A stretch of 64,000 bases of DNA. Source: Octopus sinensis. Its lineage: Eukaryota. The DNA is taken from positions 56,978,001-57,042,000 of the forward strand of contig NC_043005.1 in the NCBI RefSeq assembly GCF_006345805.1, written 5' to 3'. Shown in pieces: positions 25,974 through 38,840 of the stretch (position 1 is the first letter of the stretch; each line of letters opens with the position of its first letter). The notes under the pieces are model-generated. The model was not told the DNA's origin. It saw only the letters and a list, made by a program, of their open reading frames with translations, and ran no database searches. The position numbers and the translations under genes were made by a program.

Positions 25974-27357
25974 ACACACGCACGTCTCTCTCATATTTTA
26001 GCTTCTACTTTGATAAACTACCTGTGATAACATTGCATTTCTTATGTATCTATAGTTTGCTCAAGATATACAATATGATGTTTCTATATACAGCAAAAAG
26101 GATGTTAGTACTACTGACTTGTAGGATGTTGTTTGGTTCACTTCAGAACATTTTACACATATTTTTTAGTAGATGCTTTCTACATGATACTACACTACAC
26201 TTGGCTCTCAGTACAGATCTTATGTTTGTATCCTGTTTTTTTTTTACTGTCAAAATAACTGCTTCTGTGTAAGCTTCCAGTTGCCCTGAAGATCTATATG
26301 GAGTGAAGTTTGTCCAGGCCAGTCAAATATCCTAAATGTTGGCATCAATACTAATACTCAAATGCATTGTAGAATATTGTCCTTTTAGGAGAAAGCTCCA
26401 ATTACTATATTTTTTAAAGTTTGATATAATAGTGCTTGGTCACTCTTTGTTCACAGTATTGTTGCATGATATATTTTCCTCGATACCTAATTTGCATTCA
26501 CATTTATTCAAATGGAGGAAAGGGTCAAATGAATACACAGATGTGTTACGTATAAATGTATCGCATTTTATTTATTCATTATTGCTAGGTTTACCTTTAA
26601 TCACTTCATTCCAGCTTGACAAACCTTTGCACATGCTAGCAAATTTATTTTTGCTGTTTATAATATAAACAGTGGGTTACGCACGACAGATTCAGTGTTT
26701 ATAGCTGATCAAGTGTAACCATGTGTATCTCTTACACACTGATAGTGTCATAGACCAGTTTGTTCTGTTTACACGTACTTTATTTAAAAAGTGAATTGCC
26801 CTTTGGAACTGTTACCACAACGAAGGTCTTTCCACATTTGAGTGTACATTAATGCATTAAATATAAATGTACATAGCTTTATATATATATACTTGTATGT
26901 GTGTGCATCTTTTGAAATATGCATATATTGTACACACATACATATACACCCAGTTTACCATGTTCTTGTAAATATGGTATAACTATTTAAAGTAATCATA
27001 ATATAGCCATTGACTGCCATTCTACTTCCCATTGATACTAGTGTCAATCTCATGTTGAATAACAAACTCGATTCATAAACTTATGTCTGTATGCAGTGTT
27101 TTTCCTTTAGTTTTGGCCTCGTGGAATATTTTCAAAGTCTGAGATCTTCATTCCCAACTTATAAAAATTTCACTTTTCCTCACTTAGCTGATGTATTTGG
27201 TTTTGTCACTGTTGTGTAACAGGTGGTAGCAAAGTGACTCCAGATAACATAGCACTTAACAGCTGTCTGCTTTGATCTTGGACTTTTCCCTAAATGCATC
27301 TTATTGATATCACTATTTTTGTGGAAGCTGCCAGTTGATATCATGCTTTTGAAGGTT

Positions 27358-27571
27358 TTAACCCTTAGGTATCTGGCCCAAATATTTTACCCTTTTTATG
27401 TTCAAACTAGCCAGATCTGGTTTCCCACACCTGTCCTACTATGTCATTCTAAAAATATACAATCACAACATTGAAATCTCAAAAGCTACTAGATGATGCA
27501 TGAATGATTAAAAGCAATGTGAATAAATAAGCATTACATTTGACTGAGTAATATGAATGCTAAAAGGTTAA
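27358..27571. mobile_element. piggyBac-type MITE (TTAA-flanked)
   Basis: ttaa-ccctta...aaagg-ttaa ends, about 214 bp. A homologous copy lies at 51805-52032 (shared atgtcattctaaa...cattacatttgactgagtaat.tgaatg). Confidence 0.6.
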
Positions 27572-30296
27572 TATAAATAGTTGGATTTCCTCTTTATCCA
27601 AGCTATTTATCTCAAATATTAGTACCAGTATTGCAAGTCCTGTCCAGTTTGACTCGGTAGTCACTCTATAACTTATTAGTTTAATCAATACCCAGTTATT
27701 TGTAGTACTTTTTGATATGAGATGCAGAGATTGTTGATACTATATTTGTTTGAAAAGCAGTTTTTCCACATTTTACTTTTGAGTAACAACATTTCAGTTA
27801 CCCAAATTTCATCCTTTTATCAATGAAAGTTCTTATCAAAATACAGATATTTCTCAATGTTGTTGAATGGGGAGAATAGTTGACTATGTCAAACTTTTCA
27901 GTGTTAGGAACTAAAGCTTGTTATTTTTGCCAAACATAATGATTCCAGCAACACTAAATAGCGAATAGTCAGCTACCTTTCTGTAATCAAAGCCAGATGT
28001 CAAAGGTGTTTTTTTTTTTATAGTTTATTATTTTTTATGAATTCAGACAATAGTTTTCAATTAAAATTTATTTCACATATTTCCCACAATGCTTTTCAAT
28101 CTTCTTGTCCATTGATTTGGACTGGCAAGGGGTATTAGAAGAATTTATTTAAAGCTTATATATGTTTAAGCAACGAATAACCTTTTAGTTGTTTACCAAC
28201 TAAGTATTTTCATCCTTGGTTATAGGATTGTTCCATACTTCAGCAAGCCAATTTAGTATGTTAACTTACTTTTCCATTATTCGTTTAAATGGAAATTTTT
28301 AAAGAATATCAGCTTGTATCAGTATCCATCTATGAATTCTCTTGATAATTTCTATTTCTGCTGCTTTCAAATATAATTACTGTAGTTATGCAATATGCTT
28401 ATCACATATTTCATGGTTTTTAAATAACTGATTCTGTTGGTGACTGACATTTTTAATATCAACATTAGTATTCAATTAATGGACAGATAGAAATAATTGC
28501 AACATTTACATAAAATTGGTAATAATGTATCATCATCACTTGTATTAGATATAGTTACAATGAAGCAAAATTCCTCAGAAGTGAGAAATATTTTATACAA
28601 TGTAGTTAGAATTTTAGTTGGTGAGTAAATAGTGTTTCTATTATCTAATTAAAACAAAAAAAAAAGTTATGGTTTCTAGGCTAACTAAGGTTGGTACAGT
28701 TGTAAAGGAAGATTCAAGCGTATTTTTTTTATGCAGTTGTTTATGCCAGTATGTCTATTGTTGATAGTGATACACACACTAACGCACACCTACTTGATAA
28801 CTGACATCATTTCATCTCCACTCAGAGGAGACTGTGTGAGGTGGTCAGTCCTCCAAAGTTTATTACTAGGAAGTGACTTTGTTAATGTGAGCAGTTTTGC
28901 ATCTGTTTGAGCAAGTTCACCTGCAGCACTGATTTTTTTTTTTTTGCATGTCATTAAATTTCTTTTTTGCTTTTTTTCTCCCTGACTGCTGCAGCTTGTT
29001 TCACTTCCGGCATGACTATTAGCACAGGCATGGCTGTGTGGTTAAGAAGTTCGCTTCCCAACCATGTGGTTTTGTGCTCAGTCCTACTGCCTGGCACTTA
29101 AGCAAGTGTCTGCTACTATATCCCCAGACTCTCTGAATCCTTGTTAGTGGTTTTAGTTGATAGAAATTGAAAGAAGCTAGTCATGTATGCAAGTATGTGG
29201 GGTTTGTATGTATGAGCTCATATTTCCCTCATTTTCACATATGCTCACTTACTGGTTTTACTGACAGTATTATTTGCTTGGAGTGTCTGAGCTTCTTGAC
29301 ATGTATGTGATCTTAGGAAACAAGAGTTTGTTCAAACAGTTTGTTTGTTTCCAGTTTTCTGCATAAGCATGTCCAAGTTGTTCAATAGATTACAAGATTA
29401 TAACCTTGCTTGGAAACGTTTGGAGATTGGCAACAGGAAGAACACCTGGTTGTGGAAAACTCTGTCCTGACATACTCTCATTTGACCCATGCAAGCATGT
29501 GAAAATAGACATTAAAATGTGCCTTGACATAGACCAAAGCTTTCTAACCTGTGAACATGAAACTATATGGGCTCAGAATATTCCCCCCCCCGGTCACGTT
29601 TTCAGATTAAAATTAGCATCGATTAGCCTATTTCGACTGTTCATGCTTACTCACATACACAGACTTGAATATGTTGCAATTTAACAACTGTTTGATACTT
29701 AATTTAAAAACTAATATTTACAGTGTGTCTTTTCACTTTTGTAAAACAAGTGGTATCATTCATTTTTAAAATGTTGGAAAGTCACTGCCACAGGTAGTTC
29801 TTCCTAAGTGGTGATAACTATATTCCTTCTTCAGCTAGAGTGTTGACAAAAGTTTGTTCAGACACAGCCTTGAATGGGAGAGGGATATTTTTTGCCATTT
29901 GGGAACAATATAGTGGACAATGGAGATGTTGGCACTTCCCCTAGTTATACTCTGCAGGTGGATGGTGTACAGATGAGGAGTAACTTTTGTTGATGTCACG
30001 AGTTTCAAATTTTCAGATTTTTTTTTTAATAGATAATAGTTTGCTTTTGTGAATATTGGGTTTTTTTTTAAATCAATTTTTTAGACAACAGCAAAACAAG
30101 TTTTGTTAATGTCTGCTTTGCTGCTGTCATTGAAGACCAAATCAAGTGCTGATAAGAAAAGTGACTTCGCATTTTATGCATGGTCCTTGTTCTACGTACA
30201 TGTATATACACTATACCACATGCGCATGCAGGCTGATACTAACCACCTTGTTTTTTGTTGTTTCTTTCTGAATTCGTCACCAGTTTTACTTGTATT

Positions 30297-30334
<38 letters not shown>

Positions 30335-30408
30335 CTTTACCTCTTCCAATTGCTGTTTAGCTATGAGTGGAAATTTAAGTGATCTGGTTCCTCTTTTCAT
30401 CTTTGCAG

Positions 30409-30593
30409 GTTCCTCATTAATGGTGGCTGGGACATAATGAACGACTGGTTGCATGATGCCCGCCAGTCAGAGAATACGCCACTGCTCATGGAGATATTAA
30501 GGGTTTATCACATTCTACCGGTAACCATTGATATTATGAAGAAGAATGATGCTGCCAAGACTATTAAACAATTGAGAAAGTCTGAAGATGATG
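30409..30593 (+). CDS. PPP1R10: PP1 regulatory subunit 10 (PNUTS), internal coding exon, TFIIS N-terminal-like domain
   Basis: Acceptor ctcttttcatctttgcag| and donor |gtcagt. Translates (x)FLINGGWDIMNDWLHDARQSENTPLLMEILRVYHILPVTIDIMKKNDAAKTIKQLRKSEDD, co-linear with human PNUTS FIDVGGYKLLNNWL...[42 protein letters not shown] as recalled. Phase 2 in, phase 1 out. Confidence 0.92.
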
Positions 30594-30789
30594 GTCAGTT
30601 GATGCCATTTCTATCTTTTTATATTTTGTTATCTCTCCCTCTCTGTTTCTGTTGTTTTATGTCCTCTATCTCTTTACCTCCCTTCCTGTCTCTCTATATC
30701 TCTCTCTCGTTGATTTCTTTATAAGAGCTGAAGAGTATCAGAGGAGTAGTCTTATAGATAGAAGAGTATGCAGGATCATTTTATGCAAT

Positions 30790-31320
30790 TAGTAAAACAA
30801 GTTATGCTGCTGTTGCTCCTCCTCCTCCTCCTCGTCGTAGGTCAGTGTTGACTGTTCCTGTTCAGTAATCATCTCTGTCAGGCTCTCGTGGGGTACAAGG
30901 CCTGCTCTTGATTGGCAGCAGCGATAACATCTGCTGTAGGTGAAGCTACTTGATGCAACAGAGAAGTGATGCCTCTCATGTGCTCTTTTGTATTCTCTCA
31001 CTTGTTTTTCCTCAATGGCAGGAATAACGAGCTTCAATGATCAGTGCCATTCATTATGCTGCAGAGCCTTCTCCTCCCTTGCCGGAGTTCTTTATATGTC
31101 TTTTCACTCAAAGTTCAGAGGTGAATACAATCTGTTACAAAGGCTTTTGCCTGCAACATGAAGATAAGAGTGTACAGTGCTGCAGTGTTCCTTTGCTTCG
31201 TCAATGCCACAGAATGCTTTACCTTGTGCTGCAGCCATGTCAAAGTCCTATTGTGAGTCCAACTTCATCATCTGCTCTCCATCTTGCATATCAGATTGCA
31301 GGATTGCATTCCTGATAAGT
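30790..31320 (-). mobile_element. Probable 3' end of an RTE-like LINE
   Basis: Minus-strand IEEKQVREYKRAHER...FTYSRCYRCCQSRAGLVPH resembles the RTE terminal C2H2-like motif 'C..C.R.C.SRIGL.SH'. Followed by a (gag)n/(cag)n tail. Confidence 0.45.
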
Positions 31321-31491
31321 TATGCTGTGTGTGTGTGTGGAGTGCCCTTTCTTTCACTTGTTCACTCACTCATATATATATACACACAATGAAATAGTAA
31401 ATAGTAAATGTTGGGAAGTTGAAAGTTTTGCATTGAATGTGTTTCATTTTAGTGGAAGTACAATGTTATTTCTGGAAATTTTAATTGTGAG

Positions 31492-31703
31492 TTAATCTTT
31501 TTGTTACCATATTTCTGTTGAGATGCTCCGTGCTTCTTTCAATTACTTTTAGATATAACAAAGAATTTAGTAAAATAACTTAGTTATCATTAAGCTTGTG
31601 ACTAAGGTTTGGTGGAAGATTTTAATTCTGAACTTTTGAAAACAAGACATTTGTACTATAGAGCCAGAGACAGTTTCAGGCGGGTTGGTATCAAAAGGGT
31701 TAA
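31492..31703. mobile_element. piggyBac-type MITE (second family)
   Basis: TTAA at both ends; TIR tctttttgttacca versus revcomp cccttttgatacca. Confidence 0.6.
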
Positions 31704-32151
31704 AAAATGTCACTGATCATCGGTTGCATTAACTGATGGATTCAAGAGTAACTCCTGTATTGATAAGAATGGTGTAGGGCATGCTAAGTAAATAAGATGT
31801 AAAATAAGAGAAGCAATAAGTGTTATTAGTACAGTGGCTTTTGTGCAATGGTAAATGTTGGGTGAATTACGTTCATGACTTATTTGTTTAGAAAACCTCC
31901 CCATCTTCTTATCTGTAGAACTTTGATTTTTACATACAATTAAGTTAAGATAATGTAGATAGGAAAGGGAGCAGGATTGGATGCTTTCATCTATCTAGTT
32001 TGGTGCTTTACTGTTTTGAGTTCAAATCCCATTGCGACTGTCTCTTTTGCTTTTCATCTCTTCTGAATTATTGAGTTGTTATATGTTCGGATCATTTTAA
32101 CTTATTTCCTACAAAAATTCTAACTGAAGGAAAATAATTGTAGTGTGAATA

Positions 32152-32465
32152 ATGTGCATGGCCCAGTGGTTAGTGTTGGACTCAAAATCATGAAGTAGTG
32201 AATTTGATTCCTGGACCAGGCTGTGTGTTATGTTCTCCATATTGCTCCAGTTCACTTAGCTATGGAAATTTTGTGACATCACTGGTGCCAAGCTGTATTG
32301 ACCATTGCCTTTCTCTTGGATAACAGTACTAGTGCAGAGAAGGGAGACAGGTATACATAGGTGACTGCTGGTCTTCTATAAACAATCTTGTCTGGACTTG
32401 TGCCTCTGGGTGTAACTCCCTTGGAGCAATCCCATGATCAATCATGACTGAAGGGAGTCTTTACT
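32152..32465 (+). mobile_element. tRNA-derived SINE (second family)
   Basis: gcatggcccagtggttagtgttgg (A box), gaatttgattcctgg (B box); body as at 9602-9925. Confidence 0.7.
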
Positions 32466-32962
32466 TTTTAATCTGACTTAAAAAGTTACATACTCTTAAG
32501 ATTTTGTGTGTGGGTTTTGTTAAATTATGAAGTGAAAGAGAATCTGTTACCAACACTTTTTAGCCGAAGTTTGCTTTATATATTTGTATGTTTGAATTTT
32601 CTGGTGAGATCATGTGTTGAAGGAGTTCTGAAAATTTGAGGTTGGTATTTGATCAAATGTACCTAGTATATGCTGTAAAGTGATTGGTAGAAGTATGGGG
32701 ACATCATAGGGGTTTGCCTAATGCAAGTGCCACTCCGTAAAACGGTTGGTGTTAGGAAGAGTATCCAGCTATGGAGACCATGTCAAAATGAAAATGGACG
32801 AGTGAATTTGGATCCTTGTTATGTGTGGGGGGGGGGGGCAGTAACTTTAATCAAGATCTAACTTGAACTCTGATGACCTGTTCAATCCATGCCAGAATGG
32901 AAATTGGATGTAAAATGATGATTTGTAGTACTTAGGTTGTAAGACTTTGTAACACATATACT

Positions 32963-33350
32963 CTCTTTGCTCTTTTACTCTTTTACTTGTTTCAGTCATT
33001 TGACTGCGGCCATGCTGGAGCACCACCTTCAGTCGAGCAAATTGACCCGGGACTTATTCTTTGTAAGCCCAGTACTTATTCTCTCGGTCTCTTTTGCCAA
33101 ACCGCTAAGTGACGGGGACGCAAACACACCAGCATCGGTTGTCAAGCAATGCTAGGGGGACAAACACAGACACACAAACACACACACACATACATATATA
33201 TACATGTATACGACAGGCTTCTTTCAGTTTCTGTCTACCAAATCCACTCACAAGGCATTGGTCGGCCCGGGGCTATAGCAGAAGACACTTGCCCAAGATG
33301 CCACGCAGTGGGACTGAACCCGGAACCATGTGGTTGGTTAGCAAGCTACT
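32963..33350 (-). mobile_element. CORE-like SINE, young copy
   Basis: CpG-rich and nearly identical over long stretches to 47890-48322. Confidence 0.85.
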
Positions 33351-34403
33351 TAATATAATATATTAAAATATAAAAGGTTCTAAAGATTTATATTGCGTTC
33401 TGGCTATTTATTGTAGTTACAGATACAGCTGGTTACTTGGCTAACAACTAAATGTATTCCTTATTATTAACAATTTCACTATATTAAAACAAAGAAAAGT
33501 TAAAAAGCAGGCACCACAGCTTTGAATGTTTAAAGTGTATATGTGTCAGTGTCTGAACAAATAAAGCTATTTCAACATAATTCTGGGATCTTATACATAT
33601 GTAGGAATGAGACCACCTGTTCCTGATTAGAGATAGAAGCAATCAGAATATATATACTGAAGATAAAGTTAACTGCCCCCAAAATTGTAACCTTGTATGT
33701 CACAATGGAAACAGAATGTATTCATTGTTCTGTAGATAGTTGTTTTCTTGCAGGAGTTTGTAAATTGTTTGTTGTTTTTTGGTATTGATTTCTGAGCTCT
33801 CAAAATGGTACCTGCAATATCCTTGATAATCCTTTCTATTATCACTCAATCCAGCTGGGAAGTAACTGATGGTAACTTTCACTTAATTCAGAAACAGAGC
33901 AAATAATATATCTTGGTTAGGACACACAAAAATTGGTTGTATCATGGCTTCATAGCTCTTGAAGCTAAAATTGCTGGTCTTCATTTCCATTTCTAGGGTT
34001 TATGGGTTTTTGTTTTTTTTTTTTTAGTGCTTTTTCCTCATCTCTTTCATATTTGTAAATTTGGTCATTTGCTTATTGTTGGAGCATTTGTTTTGACTGT
34101 TTGATATCATTGTAGACATAAGATAGCTCTAGGTATATTATGGTACCTCTTGGTATCTTATGACTATGTGATTTGTTTCAGACACTTGAGCATGTAATCA
34201 TGATAAATAACTGCCTAGCTGACTCAGTAAAGCATGAGATATTTTGGCATTGTTACTTTAACACTAACTTATATGACATTTCTCATTTTAATTTTTGTCT
34301 CATTCTCTCTCCCATCCCATCTCTCTGTTTATGTGTGTAAGCATATTTTTTCTTTGTGTATAAGAGAGAAAGTGCTTATGTTGGTCATGTTCAATTAACC
34401 CGT

Positions 34404-34558
34404 ATATCATCATCATCATCATTTAGCGTCCGCTTTCCATGCTAGCATGGGTTGGACGGGTCAACTGGGGTCTGTGAAGCTGGAAGGCTTCGTCAGGCCC
34501 AGTCAGATCTGGCAGTGTTTCTACGGCTGGATGCCCTTCCTAACGCCAACCACTCCGC
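34404..34558 (-). mobile_element. RTE-tail SINE-like repeat, 3' fragment
   Basis: (cat)n ttagcgtccgctttccatgctagcatgggttggacgg...ctaacgccaaccactccg. Confidence 0.75.
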
Positions 34559-35262
34559 ACATATGCCCATAAAAAATGAAATCTTAAAATCTCACTGTAT
34601 TTAGATTAAACGTTATGGTAAGCTTTAACAATCTGGAAGAGAAGGACAGTTGAGAAGGATAGCAACTGTTGGCTATGGGTGTTGACTACCTTCTGACCTT
34701 TTCATATGTTCAGTGAGATGCTTCCTGGCAAGTTCATGTCCAAACAAGTAGGAACAGGTTTTGCATTGCGAAAATGCAACCAGGGGTCTATATGGGTTAA
34801 GAAATTGTAATGTCTCTTTCTTTGTGTGTGTTTGCCTCTAGTGCCAAAAAATACTTCACCAAAACAGATTCAGTGTCCACTCAGCTGTACCAAATCATCA
34901 GTGTCTAAATAATCATACCCAATTGTCTCATTATAGACTCAATGCTGTATAATACAACTGAGTGCAATGTATTTGTTAATGTTCTTTTACTAAAGATATT
35001 GAGTAACAATGTTTTGCAGTACCTGCAAACAGATAACTTATACATCAGCCATTACCATCACAGCAATATATTGAAGGTGTTCATGGGAGGGATATGGCTA
35101 TGAATGATGTTATTTCACTTGGGTTTTTTTGGGTGGGATTTTTAGAATTATCATAATTTTGCACAGTTTCCCAGTTCTAGGAATTTGATAGTGCTAATAT
35201 GAGTAATCGTAGAAGTTGGTGAATTCAGTGATTCATTTAGGCCCCTAAGTGTTTTAGATGTA

Positions 35263-35600
35263 TGGCAAGCTGGCAGAAATGTTAGCATGCCAAGCGAAAT
35301 GCTTAGCGGTATTTCGTCTGCTGTTACATTCTGAGTTCAAATTCCACTGAGGTTGACTTTGCCTTTCATCCTTTCGGGGTCGATTAAATAAGTACCAGTT
35401 ACGCACTGGGGTTGATATAATCGACTTAATCCGTTTGTCTGTCCTTGTTTGTCCTCTCTGTGTTTAGCACATTTGTGGGTAATAAACAAATAGGTATTTC
35501 GTCTGTCTTTACGTTCTGAGTTCAAATTCTGCCAAGGTTGACTTTGTCTTTCATCCTTTTGGGGTCAATAAACTAAGTACCAGATGCATACTGAGGTCGA
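35263..35600 (+). mobile_element. tRNA-derived SINE (third family), with a partial tandem second unit
   Basis: ggcaagctggcagaaatgttagc...ttctgagttcaaattcc...ttgcctttcatcctttcggggtcgattaaataagtaccag. The unit restarts at about 35493. Confidence 0.75.
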
Positions 35601-35796
35601 TCTAATTGACTGGCCCCCTCCCCCAAAATTTTGGGCTTTGTGCCTAGAGTAGAAAAGGATGTATAGTTGTTGTGATTTTGGCTGGGGCAGAGGCTTTTGA
35701 GTTTTTAATTTTCTATATTTGTTTTGGAGTTGTCTGATGGGGAAAAAAGTAGGGAGGATCATCCATGTGGTTCAAGACTAAAGTTGAGCAGATCTT

Positions 35797-36172
35797 GCAT
35801 AGGCATGGGTATGTGGTTAAGAAGATCGCTTTACAACTACACAGTTTTTGGGTTCAATCCCACTGTGCTGCACGTTGTGCAAGTATCTTCTATTATAGCC
35901 CTAGGCTAACCAATGTCCTAAGTGAATTTGATTGTTGGAAACTGTGTTACACTTACATGTGTGTGCATGTATCTGTGTTTGCCTGCCCCACTTATTTACC
36001 AGGGTTGGTTTGTTTACATCCCCTTTAACTTAGTGGTTTGGTAAAAGGGACCAGTAGAGAACAAGTACCAGGTTTTAAAAAAAAAGTACTGGAATCAATT
36101 CATTTGATTAAAACCCTTGAAGGTAGTGCCCCAGGATGGCTGCAGTTCAGTGAGTTAAACAAGTAAAAGATA
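35797..36172 (+). mobile_element. CORE-like SINE, older copy
   Basis: gcataggcatgggtatgtggttaag...ggttcaatcccactg...gagttaaacaagtaaaagataaaa. Confidence 0.7.
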
Positions 36173-36859
36173 AAAAGTATTTTTGTCTTCTTTGTGTGTG
36201 CTTTGGAGGTTGTATTTTCAAGAAATATCTGATAAGGGGTACTTCCTTGCTGTTGCAGTGTGAGTATATTACTTTGAGGTCAGTAATGTAACACAAGAGT
36301 GTGCTGCGACCCTTGTTGTCGAAGCTACTCTGGAGAGTGATTGACTATTACTTTTATGGTTTGTGTTAGATACAAGTGTTTGCAGTGTAATGTTTTTGCT
36401 TTTGTTATTACCTCGCATCATTATAGGATGCGGAGTTTTATTTTAATTTTGTAGTTTTAGTGTTTTGTGTTCGAACTCATCTCTTGTTTTTATGACCTTC
36501 TTCCTGGGAGTTTTATTTTATAGGCAAAGTTTAAAACATGCTCATCAGCAACAAATCTATCTTAGTGTTGGTGGTGGTTACTTAGTAATATTTTAAATGC
36601 ATTAACACCAACAACATCATTCATCCTTGTGCATGTAAACTCACTAAGTGAATGTGACTTAGTGTTCCTACAGAAACCTTCACTTACCTTATACGATGTT
36701 TAATATTGTTTCACATTCATGTTGAATTATGCAGCAATCTTATGTTCTCTTCATAGAACACTTGTAATGTATGTATTACCAGTTGTTTTGGTATAGAAGA
36801 TTTTTGCTTTTCTTGTTTATGTCTCCTCACAGACGTGTATATTTGATAGAATGCAAAAA

Positions 36860-37250
36860 TTGAATGTGTAGTCTAATGTTGATGATCTCTTTTATCATTC
36901 CAACTGCTCTATCATTGATGGAATATTGCAGTTCTGGTCCGTTTTTATACTGTGTTCATAAAACATGTTCATTCCCTGGTCCACCTAGTCTTGAAATCTC
37001 ATTCCTAAACTTGGTTGGCCAGGCATAGCAAATCGCATCCCTTTTTCATAGATAAAATCATTGCAAGTTGCACGCACAAGACATTTTCCCCAAACAGCTG
37101 AATCGGGGAATAAACTCTCATGCCATTGTTCCCCACTTCCTTTTTTCTGCAGAGACTGTAACCTTGATCTCTTTAAGTTCAAGGTTAACTTGCCTAATAG
37201 TGATGGTTTCCTTCACTTCAATGTTTTCATTGCTTTTTTTTTATTACCAT
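36860..37250 (-). mobile_element. Possible hAT transposase N-terminal (TTF zinc-finger-like) remnant
   Basis: Minus-strand frameshifted motifs PGQPSLGMRF and GPELQYSINDRAV resemble the 'GP.QP...F...W..EYS...DA.FC' pattern of ZMYM1-like hAT elements. Weak. Confidence 0.35.
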
Positions 37251-38182
37251 CTCATTCATTTCATTTTATTAGCTATTTTATTTTCATCTGGTTTATTGTA
37301 TTTTATTGACACTACTTCTGTCCTTAGTTCTTTTATTACTCATCTTATTGTCCACTCTTTATTTGTTATCTAAAATAATGCAGGTGTGCATGTACCTGTA
37401 TAGGAATGTCAGGAAAACTGAACCGGTGGCCTCTGCTCGACACCTTGAATATTTGTTCATTTGCATTTCCATGCTAGCAGGGGTTACACAAATACATATT
37501 TCTGAAGTTTTATCTTACAGCCAGATGCCCTTTCTTTTGTTAACTCTGGGTTTTCTAGTAAGAGAATATTTATTCTATACATTTTCAAAAACGGTAAGCT
37601 ATCAGATGATCTGTTTACAAGGAATTGTCGAATGAACTTTTAATTAAGCATGTGTGTGGAATATAACAAAGCACAACAAATTCTTTGGTAAAATTATGAT
37701 GGACTACACTAATTTGAATAAGAACACCTTAGAATTTTCACATTTTGTATGATAAGACTCTAGACAGTTTCAAGTTATTTGGTATCAACAGAGCTAAGAA
37801 GCAATGACTGCATTGTAAAGTACATGAGGTGATGATGGCCAATCATCTAAGCATTTAGTTGTTCAATCAGCTGAATTACATAACTCTTTAAATTAATATA
37901 GTAAGTAACTGAGTATCTCATAAACTCATGTTCTCTTAATGTAATTCTCAAGGGCAGTGTCATTGTGACACAATATGTGGCAAAACTGAACTTTTGAATT
38001 CAATAAAAAAAATACTAACAGACTTCTACAGTTTTCATCTATTTGATTTCTCTCACAAGATTTGGGTCAATCCAAATCTGTGGGTAAAAGTAGAAGGTGA
38101 CTGTGATGCAATGCAGTGAGATTAAACCCAGGAGCTTATGATTGGGAAGTGAACTTAGCAACTTGGCCATAACTGCATCTAT

Positions 38183-38840
38183 TTAGAGTGCAGAGAACAG
38201 GGATGGAATGTCGAGTATTACCACCTGGCAGTGGGGGCTAGAGGCTTCATTGAAAGGAAAATGACAACGTTATTCAAAAGAAAATTTGTTTTTTCTAGCT
38301 CCGAGCTGCGAAAACTAATAAGGAGAGTATAGGAGGCGGTCAAAGAAGCCAGCTTCTATATATGGCTGAAGCGGGAAGACCAAAAATGGCTTGAAAGTCA
38401 TAACATGCCGGCGGGAAATAACATCATTAGGTGAGACAAGCTGACACTGAATCAGCTTCGTTGGCTGACAGGTGACGGTCGTTTAGAGAATGCGTGGGCT
38501 AAGACTACACGCCTTCATTGGTCAGTTAAAGTTGAGACAGTGTCACGTGACAACTTGCTGGGGCTGCCTGCTGGAGCCTAAAAGGAGGTATTTTAATGGG
38601 AAAAAATTTGACGAGCCAGTCAGTTGCCAGCTGACACTCGCGAAGAGGCCAGGGAACAGAAGACAGAAGACATGCACCCAACACCAGAGCTGAAGACACC
38701 TCCGAAAGGGGAGGGGCTGCTACGTCAAAACGGTTGAAGAGTAGGGGCCAAAACCAGACGTGGTTCCTCCTGATGATGTGTTGAGCTAACTGGATCCTAT
38801 AAAGGAGCTGTTGTGGTAGCAGACCACGAAACACAGTTGT
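38183..38840 (+). mobile_element. 5'-truncated HERO/NeSL-like (RLE) non-LTR retrotransposon: C-terminal ORF piece (38183-38434) plus 3' UTR
   Basis: LECREQGWNVEYYHLAVGARGFIERK...RRV*EAVKEASFYIWLKREDQKW resembles the HERO C-terminus 'C.E.GW.....VEVG.RGF......AE.AS.W.W.KR...W'. One in-frame TAG. GC- and CpG-rich relative to flanks. Confidence 0.7.

Noticed and set aside
33109-33366. Recurring ORFs such as ...RQASFSFRLPNPLTRHWSARG...PRSGTEPGTMWLVSKLL (also 20811, 24002, 46938, 48097, 48472)
   Set aside because: Translations of a non-coding SINE family, not a protein family.
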